DNA of 64,000 bases, taken from contig ML978122.1 of the NCBI GenBank assembly GCA_010015805.1, positions 1,336,453-1,400,452 on the forward strand. The letters are read 5' to 3'. This stretch comes from Rhizodiscina lignyota. Taxonomy: Eukaryota. Positions 23,487-35,120 of this stretch are shown in pieces (position 1 is the stretch's first letter; each line of letters opens with the position of its first letter). Position numbers and translations under genes: made by a program. Under the pieces are notes generated by a model. That model worked only from the letters and a program-made list of their open reading frames with translations. It was not told the origin of the DNA and did no database searches.

Positions 23487-23918
23487 TTAGCTCTCGTCTT
23501 CGCCGTCAGAAGGTGGCATCATTCCTCTTGCATCCTCCTCATCACTGTCATCCACCCTCTTGGTGAATTCTTTTGGCCACCATGCCATCTTTCGCCAAAT
23601 CTTCTCATCGCCTACGACGTTCACAATCTCCCCACTAATCTTGTTGTCCCTCTCCCCTTCCTTGCCCTGCTTTAATTCCACTAGCACGTAGCCTCCGCGC
23701 TTCAGCCATACTGTCGAACGAAACTTGGCCGGCATTTCTACGAGGATCGATACGTCATAATTCTGAGACGTTTGTAGCGACGAAGGTAGCAAGACGGAGT
23801 AGAGATTGTTTCCTGCCGCCTTTTCTACGCGCGCAACTGTCTGAGAAGGATCTAATATGGCGGGTGGAGTGAGGGTTTCGGTGAGAGTTGCTTGATCGAG
23901 GCGTTTGGGGCGAGGCAT
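23487..23918 (-). CDS. eIF1A-like (S1/OB-fold) RNA-binding protein, EIF1AD-type, 143 aa
   Basis: From ATG 23918: VARVEKAAGNNLYSV, LVEMPAKFRSTVWLKRGGYVLV, KISGEIVNV, WPKEF and acidic tail PPSDGEDES. Confidence 0.88.
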   Translation of the reverse strand: MPRPKRLDQATLTETLTPPAILDPSQTVARVEKAAGNNLYSVLLPSSLQTSQNYDVSILVEMPAKFRSTVWLKRGGYVLVELKQGKEGERDNKISGEIVNVVGDEKIWRKMAWWPKEFTKRVDDSDEEDARGMMPPSDGEDES

Positions 23919-24380
23919 GGTGATAGGGTGATTTTTGGTGGTGTGATTAAAGTTCACGAATTTCGCAGTTCAAAGATCAAGCTCCGCTAGAAATATTTAG
24001 CGAGCAGGGGTGTGTTATGCATAAAGCTGTTATGGTCCACCTTCGCAAGGCGTAGTCTGAGGACTTCAAGAAATGTAGGATAGTTTTAAAGAATGTTATT
24101 CCCGTTCAGAATGCGAATCCGAGCCATTGGTCTGGATGACTGGCACCCGGTGTAATACATATCGCGCACTTTCAGCTATTCAAAACGTTGGTGCTATCGT
24201 TCGGGTTGTCAGGTAAGCGCGCGGCTATCGTACCCTTGGCAATGTACATTTTGCTCACGTCGCGTGCATCGTTTTGTTCTTCTTCCCACGCAATCAATCA
24301 ATACCAACACCTCTCATAATCTCAGGCATCGACATCTTCCCTCTCTAGAAATCAACAACAGCCGATATCCACCCTTCACG

Positions 24381-25255
24381 ATGGTGCGACTTACTGCCGC
24401 CCTCGTCAGGGATGCCCCCTCCTACCCTAACGCTTGCCGCGAGCGAGAGATCTTTCTTCGAGGTGCGTGCTGGAAAGAGCAGATACTACACTTCGATCAT
24501 AGAGCTTAAACAATACTTACCACACACAATGAACAGGCCTCAAGATCCCGGTGATTGAAAACCTAGGACTGGCATCTGAGGCAAGTGAACTTTACACGCA
24601 CTTTGCGTCCTACCACTAACAGAGTCCATCGCAGTATAATGAGTGCATCGACCTCACCGACAATGATATCTCGACACTTGGCAACTTCCCATTGTGCGCG
24701 AGGATGAAGACACTCCTTATAGCCCGCAACAGGATCGCCATCATCGACGACAAGTTTGCGGCCTCCATGCCTGAACTCAAGGCTCTCTCCCTTGGGATGA
24801 ACAGCATCGTTGAACTCGGCGATCTCGAACCCCTTGCCAAACTCAAGAATCTCACCATGCTCGAGCTCAGAAATAACCCTGTCAGCTCCAAGCCGAACTA
24901 CCGCCTCTGGGTCATCTCCCGCTGCCCTTCAGTCCGTTCTATCGACTACCAGAGAGTCACCGATGCTCAGCGCAACGAGGCGAAGAAGCTGTTCGGTACG
25001 AGAAAGGAACCTACTGAGCTCGCGCTCAAGATCGCGAAGATCAAGTCGCGTGGCTCCGGTCGGACCCTGGGCACAAACGGCGTGAATGGCACATCGCACG
25101 CGGAGAAGGACATCAATGTCAAGATGACGGCCGAGGAGAGGAAGAAGGTGAAGGAGATGATCAATACTGCGAAGACTGATGAGGAGATGCGCGTGCTGGA
25201 AGAAGCGCTGAGTTCGGGAAAACTTCCGCCTGGTCTTCTTCAGGGCAAGTCTTGA
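24381..25255 (+). CDS. LEA1: U2 snRNP A' (leucine-rich repeat) protein (3 exons, second intron GC-AG)
   Basis: Exons 24381-24462, 24537-24580, 24635-25255 give MVRLTAALV...EREIFLRG|LKIPVIENLG..|..IDLTDNDI..LGNFP, LRR repeats and the LRRcap NYRLWVISRCPSVRSIDYQRV. Confidence 0.93.
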
Positions 25256-26059
25256 GACCACCAGTTAGGAGTGTTGATTCACAGTGGTTTGGTGCTTGTG
25301 AATGCTTGGCGATACGGACACAGCTTCTTCTGATTTTCTGCATAAATGGGATGGGTACAGCATATGGAGTCGGAGAGCTTTCTGATACTCCACATTTGAG
25401 CTCCAAGGTGCGGCTGCTTCCACAGTTCTCTAGGAATTGAAATGAAACAAATTTCAAAAAGTCTTTCCGCTCACCTTTCTTCAATCTCTATGTACTCGAC
25501 AAGCCTAACAAAAGATTCACGTCATCGACAATAAACCCACCCGCTGATCTTCTATCAATCTGAAACTACATTGTCAATGGCGGATTATTGAACGCGTCCT
25601 CGTCAGATCCCCACCAAACAATGTCCGGCCCAACCACTACACAGACGGATAAGCTACAGCTCTCGTGTCATAGCTTAATCTACGAGGATCCATCAGAAAT
25701 GAACGGATCTTGACAAAGGCAGTGAAATTTCAACAGACCAGTTTGAACTGCAGGGTAATACAGAATGCACAAGTATCAATTTCGTTGAGGCAATAAAAGA
25801 CAAATAGACAGAGGAGATGAATGCGTTATCATATGCAAAGCCCTGGCAGAACTACACGCTATCGGTATCATAGAGCGATTGTTGACTATGGATATCCATT
25901 CGGCGCATCGAGATTAACAGAAGCATTCGCAGAGTCTGGTGTTGCATCCAAGTCGTTGCGAGATGTTATGAAAAGCCTTCGGAAACCCGTCAGCCTCCTC
26001 GAGCAAGACAGTAAAACGCCATTTTTAGTACAAGGAGCCTCGTTATGAAACAAATCATC

Positions 26060-27055
26060 TCAGAAAATCACATCCTCATTATCTTGATCGCCCAAGACAT
26101 CGTGTGTCTCGACATCTTCGTCGTTCTGGCTCTGGCTCTTTTGATCCTCCTTTTTCGTTCGCTCCACTTCAGCTGCTGCAGCATCGCGCTCTTTCTTCCC
26201 GGACACTTTCTTCAATCGATAGAACTCCTCACGGTCTAGTTCGTCCAGCTCAGAGTTGATGTACCTGATCGTATTTTCCGTTCGTGGGATGATGACGTGC
26301 TCACTGGTCCAAGTCAGCATTTGCGGAAAATCCATGAATATGCGAATGCAGCTCCTTACATGGCGTTTACTCTTCGATTGACGACCTTGATGACCTCGTC
26401 CAATATTACAAATGCCGTCTGCAAGCTTGCAAGCTCCACTAGTGTTTCCACTGCTCTTGCATACGTCTCTCGACACCTCTGCACCTGCTGTCCACCTTTT
26501 CCTAGCCCAGTGAGACCAAAGTCATCTTTCCCTTCCACCGTGAAGCTCTCGAACTGCGGCAGGAAAACACCCGATACATTCTCTTGCTTCGTCCGTACTC
26601 TGAATCGAGCTTGCTTCGCAGATTCTTGTATCTGGTATCCGATATCGCCGCCGACTGCATATGTGACTTCGGCGAGCGAAAACGCAGCAATCTGCATGAC
26701 CCGGCCCATCTTCCGCTTAGCCTCATCTATCCTCCTTGTAATTTCTGCGTTATATAGTTAATTGCGGCAATTTAGAAGCTTCGTTTGTAGGCAATACCTC
26801 GGAATCGCCTAGGAAATGTTAGCGCCTGCAGAAGCAACCATCTCGATCAGAATGCACACTTTGTGAGAGCCTCGCTTTTCCTCTTGAGCAGATCATGGCC
26901 TATTTGTGCACCCTTCAACTTGCTCTTCATCACCTGCAGCGACTGACGCGTGGGGAAGACGGGCTCGCGAGCCTAAATTTGGTATGATATCAGCTTGTAT
27001 ACGGTAGATAATAATAGAGGCTTCATTGATGCAAGCTTACCCCGCTTCCAGACAT
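26060..27055 (-). CDS. VMA8: V-type ATPase subunit D (multi-exon)
   Basis: Starts MSGSG|AREPVFPTRQSL. Motifs GHDLLKRKSEALT, MGRVMQIAAFSLAEV, ENVSGVFLP, GLTGLGKGGQQV, ELASLQTAF, NRRVNA, YINSELDELDREEFYRLKKV and C-terminal DEDVIF. Confidence 0.95.
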
Positions 27056-27429
27056 TTTGTATGGAGTTTCTCAGAATAGATGTGGGATATAAGTGGAGGG
27101 ACGCCTTGTGCAGATACACAAGCTTCGTGGAGGACAACTCGAGCTGCTATGTCGACGCAATTGTAGAGACACGGGACGTCAAGGTAGGTAGCTCTGCAGC
27201 TCGCGCCTGCCCACCCTGACCCTCAGGCTCCGTGGAGGCCCTTGCACGGCAAGCCACCCGAATCGGCGAGTCTTGGCAAAACGCATGAAAAGTCGCGAGC
27301 CGCTCTAACACGCCGAGCTCCATCACCTCTTCTGCTCCTCACCTCCACACCTCGCCGCTACATCGACCGCTACATCAATCTACGGGCCTCCACTCTAGCG
27401 ATTCGAACAACACGCGTCATGAAATCGTG

Positions 27430-30028
27430 ATGCCTGGAAAACGCCTTCGCATGTCGACGAACGCAGGCATTGCGGTCGCTGACACCCTCGCGGCACGGCC
27501 GAAAATATCTGGCTCGAAGCAAGACGACGACAAGCTAGATGTGTCCTTCGTCTCCGCGGCAGACTCTATCCACGAACAGCAGCTGGAGCGTAACCCTGGT
27601 GTGAAAACATGGCTCAGCTACATCAGTGCCAAGCAGCACAGCTCGTTCCTCCAGCAGGCGTTTGTGCTGGAGCGCGCCTGCACGGCACTGCCGCGCAGCT
27701 ACAAGCTGTGGAAGATGTATCTGGAGTTGAGGACGGGCCATCTGAAGGGCAAGAACCCGACAACGTACATGGCACACTATGCGAAAGTCAACGCACTCTT
27801 TGAGCGCGCTCTCATACTGCTGAACAAGATGCCGAGGATATGGGAGATGTATCTGAAGTTTCTCATGCTACAACCGCTAGTCACTACGACGAGGAAGACG
27901 TTCGACCGAGCTCTGAGAGCATTGCCCATCACGCAGCACAACCGAATATGGGCGCTGTACCGTCCATTTGCGTTATCAGCTAGTGGAGAATCCGCGGTGA
28001 AGATATGGAGGCGCTACATGCAGATCCATCCCGAGCATGCGGAGGACTTTATCCAGCTTCTTGTCGATATGAGACAATACACAGAGGCTGTCAAGAGATA
28101 CATCGAAATCCTGAACAACCCGCGATTTAAGAGCAAGGAGGCAAAGGGACCGTTTCAGTTTTGGACCGAGATGCTCGAGCTGATCATAGATCATGCAAAG
28201 GAGATCGACACAGGCGATGATGTGGGCATCGATGTGGACAGGATCATAAGGAGTGGCATCAACAAATTTTCCGACCAACGAGGCATCTTATGGGTTGGCC
28301 TAGCCCGCTACTGGATCAACAAAGGCGATTACGAGCGTGCACGAGACGTATTCGAAGAAGGCATCACGACGGTCATGACCGTCAGGGACTTTTCGATAGT
28401 ATTCGACACTTATGCGGAGACAGAAGAAGCGCTCATTGGCATCAAGATGGACGAGGCTGCTGCGCGGTCGTCTAAGGGCACAACAAACGGGAATGCAGAC
28501 CTGGAATTGGATATCCGTATGATGCGTTTTGAACAGCTCATGGACCGGCGACCCTTCCTCGTCAATGACGTGCTGCTTCGTCAGAATCCCAACAACGTTA
28601 ACGAGTGGGAGAAGCGTGTCGGACTGTGGGGCGACAACCGGGAAGCCGCGGAGAAGACCTACGAGGATGCCATTGCTGCGATAGATCCCAAGAAGGCGGT
28701 CGGCAAGTTTCATGAACTGTGGGCAAACTACGCCAAGTTCTACGAAGAGGTTGGCGACCTGGTTGGTGCACGGAAGATAATGGAGAAGGCAGTCAGGATA
28801 CCATTCAAGTCCGTGGCTGAGCTTGCGGAAACGTGGGTGGCATTTGCCGAATTGGAACTGCGTAATGAGAACTTCGACAAGGCAGTCAAGATCATGTCGC
28901 AAGCAACACAAGCGCCAAAGCGGTCAGCGGTCGACTACTTCGACGACACATTATCCCCTCAGACGCGAGTGCACAAGTCATGGAAACTCTGGTCGTTCTA
29001 CGTAGACCTTGTGGAGTCTGTGCAAAGCCTCGAAGAAACCCGCAAAGTGTACGAACGCATTTTCGAGTTACGGATAGCGACGCCGCAGACGGTGGTCAAC
29101 TACGCCAACCTGCTTGAGGAGAACAAGTACTTCGAGGACTCGTTCAAAATCTATGAGCGTGGCCTGGATTTGTTCTCGTACCCTGTTGCTTTCGAATTGT
29201 GGAACTTGTACCTCACAAAGGCAGTGGACCGCAAGATTGGCATGGAGAGACTGCGCGATCTATTCGAGCAAGCCGTTGAGGGCTGTCCGCCTAAGTTCGC
29301 CAAAGTGCTCTACCTCATGTACGGTGCTTTGGAGGAAGAACGAGGGCTCGCCAGACACGCGATGCGTATTTACGAACGCGCGACTCGAGCAGTGTCTGAC
29401 GAGGACAGAATGGAGATGTTCGAGTTCTACATTACCAAATCCGCATCGAACTTCGGCCTTCCTTCAACGCGTTCCATCTATGAGCGTGCGATTGCCGCTC
29501 TGCCGGACAAGGAGGCGGCGGACATGTGTCTCAAGTTCGCCGAGATGGAGAGGCGGTTGGGCGAGATTGACAGGGCGAGAGCGATCTACGGACATGCAAG
29601 CCAATTCTGCGATCCTCGGACGAACCCCGAGTTCTGGTCCAAGTGGGAGCAGTTCGAAGTCAAGCACGGCAATCAAGACACGTTCAAGGAGATGCTCCGT
29701 ATCAAGAGGAGTGTGCAAACTCAGTACAAGTACGTTACCATTCTCTGTTTCCCATGTAACTATTGGAATCTATCGCTAACAGCTTCACAGCACCGATGTC
29801 AACTTCATTGCTTCACAAGCATTGGCGCGGAGCCAGCTTCAAGATGGAATCGAGCTTCCAGACGATGAGAGAGCAAACGCGATGGCAGCACTCGAACGAC
29901 AAGCCAGAGCGCCAATGGGTTTTGTGGCCGCATCTTCTGGGCCGGTGGGCGGCAAGAGGATCGAGCCACAGGCTGAGGCGTCTGTTCCAGCGAACCCGGA
30001 CGCTATTGATGTGGATGATGATATATGA
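27430..30028 (+). CDS. SYF1: Pre-mRNA splicing factor Syf1 (XAB2 orthologue, HAT repeats); 2 exons
   Basis: Motifs LPRSYKLWKMYL, FDRALRALPITQH, LMDRRPFLVNDVLLRQNPNNVNEW, IATPQTVVNYA, FEVKHGNQDTFKEMLRIKRSV. Intron 29730-29790 restores QYNTDVNFIASQA. The start could alternatively be ATG 27451. Confidence 0.95.
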
Positions 30029-32591
30029 TGAACGAGGAAGGGGAGGTTTCGATTGGCGGGCCTTGGAAGAGGAGCTTGGAGGGCGGGATTGGTCCTAATT
30101 GAATGTTTCTCATGGTATCTGCATTGCGTGGCGCTGTGAGGTGTAAGTTTGCTTTTGCTACGGAATCACGGCTCTTGATCCACGGGATTTTGCTTGTTTG
30201 TACAAACGCTGGAAGTCGCAGTTGAACAAAATACAAGGAAATTTCCGTCCTTGCTTTAACGAGGCATCATTTTCTACTCTCAGTAGTGCGAATCCAAAGC
30301 TTCTTTACTCAAGAAATTTTGAGAAGGCGATTTCACGACAAGCGATTGAAACTCGGCTGGGATGGAGCGAAATCCAGGCCTTATGATGTCGAATTTGCGA
30401 AGTGTGCCTTATTATTCCACATTAGTTATAGGATATTCGCAGTGGCTATGGCGGAAGATTCGATTGCGACCATTATGGAGTCTTCCATGTTGATCACGAG
30501 ATTTGAAAAAGGACGATTCCTAATGGATTACACGACCCTGTCTCAGCCGTTCTGCGAACACCTCCTGTGGCTGCTTTTCGCCCGTTCGGCATCGCCCGAT
30601 GTGAGACACGGCGAGTGGTGAAAGATGACGCCGAATTGGCTGGCCAAGCGACGTATCTGCGCGATGTCCTTCGATCTACACGGCTCGCGTTATTTCACTG
30701 AGAAAATCGCGCAGTGGATATTGAGGCAGTGCAATTGCCGTCTTTACCAAAGCCGTCTCTTGGATAGCTAACGAGACTGTGGAAGCCAAGAGAAGACGCA
30801 GATAGAATTTCACATGTCGGTCGCGAACGACGGGAGGTGGATACGTGGTACGTGAGATTGACTCAGAATTGGGAATCGAAGTGCTTTTTGGCCGCTCCGA
30901 GTCCAAGAGAGGCGCAGCGTATCGTACCCTCTGTGGGTCCATCGTGCGGATACCAGCGGCTCGCCAGCTATCTACCACGACTGCCTGATCAGCTTCGCCC
31001 AGTCCGGCTGCGTGGAGCGCCTTTGTTGAGACTGGAGAGCCTCAACGTGGGAGAGCAGGCGAGACAGGGGAGGTTGCTGGGTGATGCGAGGGAAAGTCTT
31101 GGTGTCGAGGAGAGCGGACGCGCTTCCTGCACACGGGGAGCGGTTCGAATAGTGGCATATGCAATGAAACGGAAAGTCTGTACCTCCTGACTCTGCAACT
31201 CACATATATACCCGCGAACACAGTCAAGCTCAGCGCTACGAGCCGCTCATCTTTGCTGAAGGCGACGCGAGCTTCATGCATCGCTTACCCATCTATGCCC
31301 TGCAGCGCTTTCTTGCGAGGCTCAGGGCCAAGTTGCACCGCCCAGCTTGGCGACTGGCTCGAGTGTGACGGTCAGTGAGCATCCCGAGATCTCGTTGCTT
31401 GACGACGGATAAGACTGCAAGCGTGAAAGTGTATCTGATAAAGCGGCAAGGAGAGAAGAGCACGTTATGCTCGGCCAACCACATGCCATCATGGTGGCAA
31501 TCGTTGCCTCTTCTCGTTTGGTGTCGACATGATTGCAGGCCTGGCGTGAAACTGCACCTCCAAGGCCTGCCTGCGGCCCCCTTGAACATACTCGAAATGC
31601 AGCAGGATTCTATGTGTCGCGCAGTCGCAGATTGCCATGAAGATCGTGAGAACAGCCGATATCAGTAGTCCGAAGCTTTATCCCCGCAAAACGTTGGAAA
31701 ACCTGACATCAGAGCGTCCGAGCGCCCTGATCATCAAACTGCACGGACAGCGCTGGAAAAGCTTCCAGGAGCTTGCCCCGACCATGCACAACCATCAGTG
31801 CCATCAGGGCTACCACACCATCAGCCCTGTATGCCAACCCTCGAGACTGCCCCCAGGCGGCGAATGTGCAAAGGTACTTCAGCAAACGTGCCGCTGCTGC
31901 ATATTCGTACAGCTGTACAGCTGTGGCTCGGCGAGAAGTGCGACAGGAAGTGGCTTTTGAGACGCAGATGAGAAGCAGTGGCACATGGTTGCTTGCCGTT
32001 TCAGCGATGATCACTGGCCCGTAGACCCGCTCGCCATGCTTCCCCAGAAAGCACTGGTGGCGGGTCACTCCACTCGCGCCCTGTCAATGTCGGTCTAGGC
32101 CTGCCATGCTGCAGAATTTGGGGATTTCTGGGTCGCTGAATTCGCAGAGTCCTCCCGTCCATTCCACAGCCCGCCTCCTCTGGCCAACCAGGCATCGCCG
32201 CAGTTGCCCCCCCATAAGCAACTCTGATCAACCTTGTCGACGTAATGTTGCTGCAGCCAGCTGCAACTTGCTGAGAAATGGTATCCAATGACGCGTGCCA
32301 CTAGATAGAGCTGGCGCAGATTCGTACTGCTGAAGGCGGAATGGTCGCGATCATGTGCTTCCTTTTCCTCCGGGGTTGCTGAGTGCTCAGTGGAGCAGAC
32401 CTGACGTCGTTCAGGCCGTGTGAGGAATGAGGGGGTCTGTTGCGCACTGCGTGGTTCGACGCTCTGCTCTGTCAGATTGTGGCAGTCGATGGCGAGTGAC
32501 GCTTTATATACCGCCATGCCCCGGCTACTGCGGGCTGTGCGCTGGGCAGAAAACTAAACTCTTGTGTTGCTGCCTCGTGAAAGGAACTCGA

Positions 32592-32598
32592 TATATAA
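32592..32598 (+). promoter_or_regulatory. TATA box of the small four-exon gene
   Basis: TATATAA about 70 bp upstream of ATG 32667, followed by an A/C-rich leader. Confidence 0.5.
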
Positions 32599-32666
32599 CG
32601 ACCCTCAAAGAAAGGAAAGGGCCATCATCAAAGACACCTCGAGCAGAAAACTCAACCACCAACAAT

Positions 32667-33296
32667 ATGGCTACTGAGACCGTTAACGGCACCCAAGGTC
32701 CGTCTATCCGCTGATTCCGCACAGGCAGAAACGCCAATACATGTTGTTTTGCTAGACGCAGAGCCAAATTCTTTGACCGATCTCGCGACAACTGCTGACA
32801 GGTATCTCGACTCTGCAGGCATTGATGCCACCGCCAACGCTCCAGAGACCAACAACCTCGGAGACGTTTCTGGCGCTGATGAAATGGGTTTGAGCCCACC
32901 AACGAGCCCAGGAAAGACCAACAGGTCACAAAGCCGCGAATGGGGTGAGTCCGAAATCCAATGACACTGCTATCGACGTCATAGTCGTCTTCGCAGACGT
33001 CGCAACTTCGCCTTTCCAAACGCTCGAAATGGTCCAAATAGCTGACTTGTAAATTGTTTAGACGCTTCCAAGGTCCCCCCGTCCCAATTCCAGCGTCGTA
33101 AGGGCAGTATCTACTCGACTCCGCAGTCGCGTGACGGCCACGTCGCCGGAAAGGACAGAGATAAGGCATACCACGACAAGATCAAGGAGAAGGTAGAGGG
33201 CCCATGCACCCTTCAGCCACCGAAAATACGTTCTAACAGCACATCTAGACTACCGGAACCGGTGGCATCTTTGGTTGGTTCAAGAACAAGTCATGA
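32667..33296 (+). CDS. Small fungal protein, 132 aa, 4 exons (WDASKVPPS-FQ-RKGSIY motif)
   Basis: Exons 32667-32697, 32756-32944, 33062-33192, 33249-33296 (399 nt, phases consistent, all GT-AG). Encodes ...SREW|DASKVPPSQFQRRKGSIYSTPQSRDGHV...YHDKIKEK|TTGTGGIFGWFKNKS*. Confidence 0.82.
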
Positions 33297-34145
33297 TAAT
33301 TATGAATATTGGGGGAGTCTGTTACAAACCAAATTTCCATCATTGAAAAGCTCGTGAGAGCGGAACGACTATGACATGTGCGATTTCTGGAGAAAGTTCA
33401 TGAAACTCAGCAGTGCAAGAAATGATACCATCAACTGTCGCGTGCTACGAACTTGGGTCTCGGATACTGGGGAGTGGATTGGCTTGGTTTTTACTGTTTT
33501 TGATGTATACATAGTGTCAATTACGACTCAAGGATTTTCTAACGGTACCTGGGCTTTTCCATGATTTTGCTATCAGTTGGGCACCCAACGCTGTATTGTG
33601 ATCTGATAATGCTGTCCTTTGATCATAAAACGCAGCTATGATGCAATATCCAGGAAGGGTTAGTGCCGGAACATGCCCCGGAAAAAATATGGGGAGGACA
33701 GGCCCCAAAACCCACTTACTTGTGAATCATGAACTCCTAAATGGAATAGCGCCATGCGAAGTGCAGGCCTATGTTCCACATTCTCTGTCGTGTAGAGTCG
33801 CACACAACTTAATACTGGCTGCGAAGGATAGAGATAGATAATTGTGTGCATCAGAGGCATGTGCATTATCGATTGGAATTGAGTTTGAAGCATTTTGCGG
33901 ACGTATCGAGAGTAATTTACGGAGTACTCCGTAAGCATGCATGTAATTCGTTTTGTCTATCAGTTTATGAACATTCTCACCTCAAAGTTCAGTTCTGTCC
34001 TCATAAATTCGATTTTTTTGGAACAGTCTATTGATGGGGTAGCTTTTCGTACTTTCACCTCATTTGGCTTCCTGCGGAGCTTGTCATATTGAGAATCCGT
34101 CCTTAGTAGGGGTTCAGTTCGTCTAGCGAAGCTGTTATACAAGCC

Positions 34146-34878
34146 CTCGCTGGCAGTGATACCGGCGCTACGCCTATTAGAATGGCGATTCTAAATGTCA
34201 TCTATAAAGGAAGCGTATATTGAAAATTGATAGCAGATATTAATGGCGGAATACACAGTGGTAAGGTTCGAGTACAGTAAAAGAACTGGAAGCGAAAGCT
34301 CTGCCATATCTACGAGCGGTACATGTAAGCAAGGAAGGTCTGAGCATACTGCCACCCATCTCGGACCCGCTTGAAAAGACTGTTCCTCCAGGAGGTGAGA
34401 CCATCGATGGTCTATTTGTACCCGGGGGTATGGATATCAGATAAGCGGGTGCTCGGCATGCTATCATGAGAATGAAGCAACCGTCCACTTCAAACTTTTA
34501 TTTGGTATATAACGAAGAGGCTGGTTGATCAGAATTTGGTCAGCATATGGATTTCATCACTCGCCCGAGCCCTTCGGGCCAACTGCAGATATCTTCCGGC
34601 CCGAGCCCCGAGCCGCGAGTCATTTACTACTAGTACACCATCTGGTGACTACAAGAGTGCAGAGAAGTTGCAAAGTATAGAACGCAATAATGAGCTCATC
34701 TTCGGTTACGGTATTTTCCTGACTTAGCGAAAGTGTACCTCTTCTTGAGTTGAACAAGGCCTTCGTCGAGTTGCTAAGAAGGCTCAAGTCCCAGATCCTC
34801 AATATGATAAACCCGATAGAGACATTTAAGGCAGAGATCCATCTGTAGCAGCAGGTATGGGTGAGAGTAATAAAATAG
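34146..34878 (+). pseudogene. Cytochrome P450 pseudogene (C-terminal half; weaker traces upstream to about 33500)
   Basis: Hand translation across stops and frameshifts gives, in the correct order: I-helix LAGSDTGATPIR, AKALPYLRAV, K-helix KEGLSILPP...EKTVPPGGETIDGLFVPGG, DIFRPE, ERNNELIFGYG (heme Cys lost), LELNKAFVELLRR and terminal WVRVIK*. Confidence 0.85.
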
Positions 34879-34966
34879 AGAATACCTGAATGTACTTGAT
34901 CTTAGTATAGAGATGTGGTAGTATATTACAGATAGCGTGTTTGAAAATAGCGTACTTACGGATGGT

Positions 34967-35120
34967 GCGTTTGCAGAAGTGTGTTTGCAGAAGTGTATTT
35001 GCAGAAGTATGTTTGCAGAAGTGTGTTTACAGAAGTGTGTTTACAGAAGTGTATTTATAGAAGTGTGATGGTAGAAGTGTGTTTGCAGAAGTATATTTGT
35101 AGAAGTATGTTTGCAGAACT
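34967..35120. repeat. 14-bp minisatellite, consensus GTGTTTGCAGAAGT, 11 clear units with degenerate flanks (about 34925-35200)
   Basis: Tandem units readable directly: gtgtttgcagaagt|gtatttgcagaagt|atgtttgcagaagt|gtgtttacagaagt... Confidence 0.95.

Noticed and set aside
32421..32470. GGTTCGA T-loop-like sequence
   Set aside because: No cloverleaf stems or D-loop; not a tRNA.
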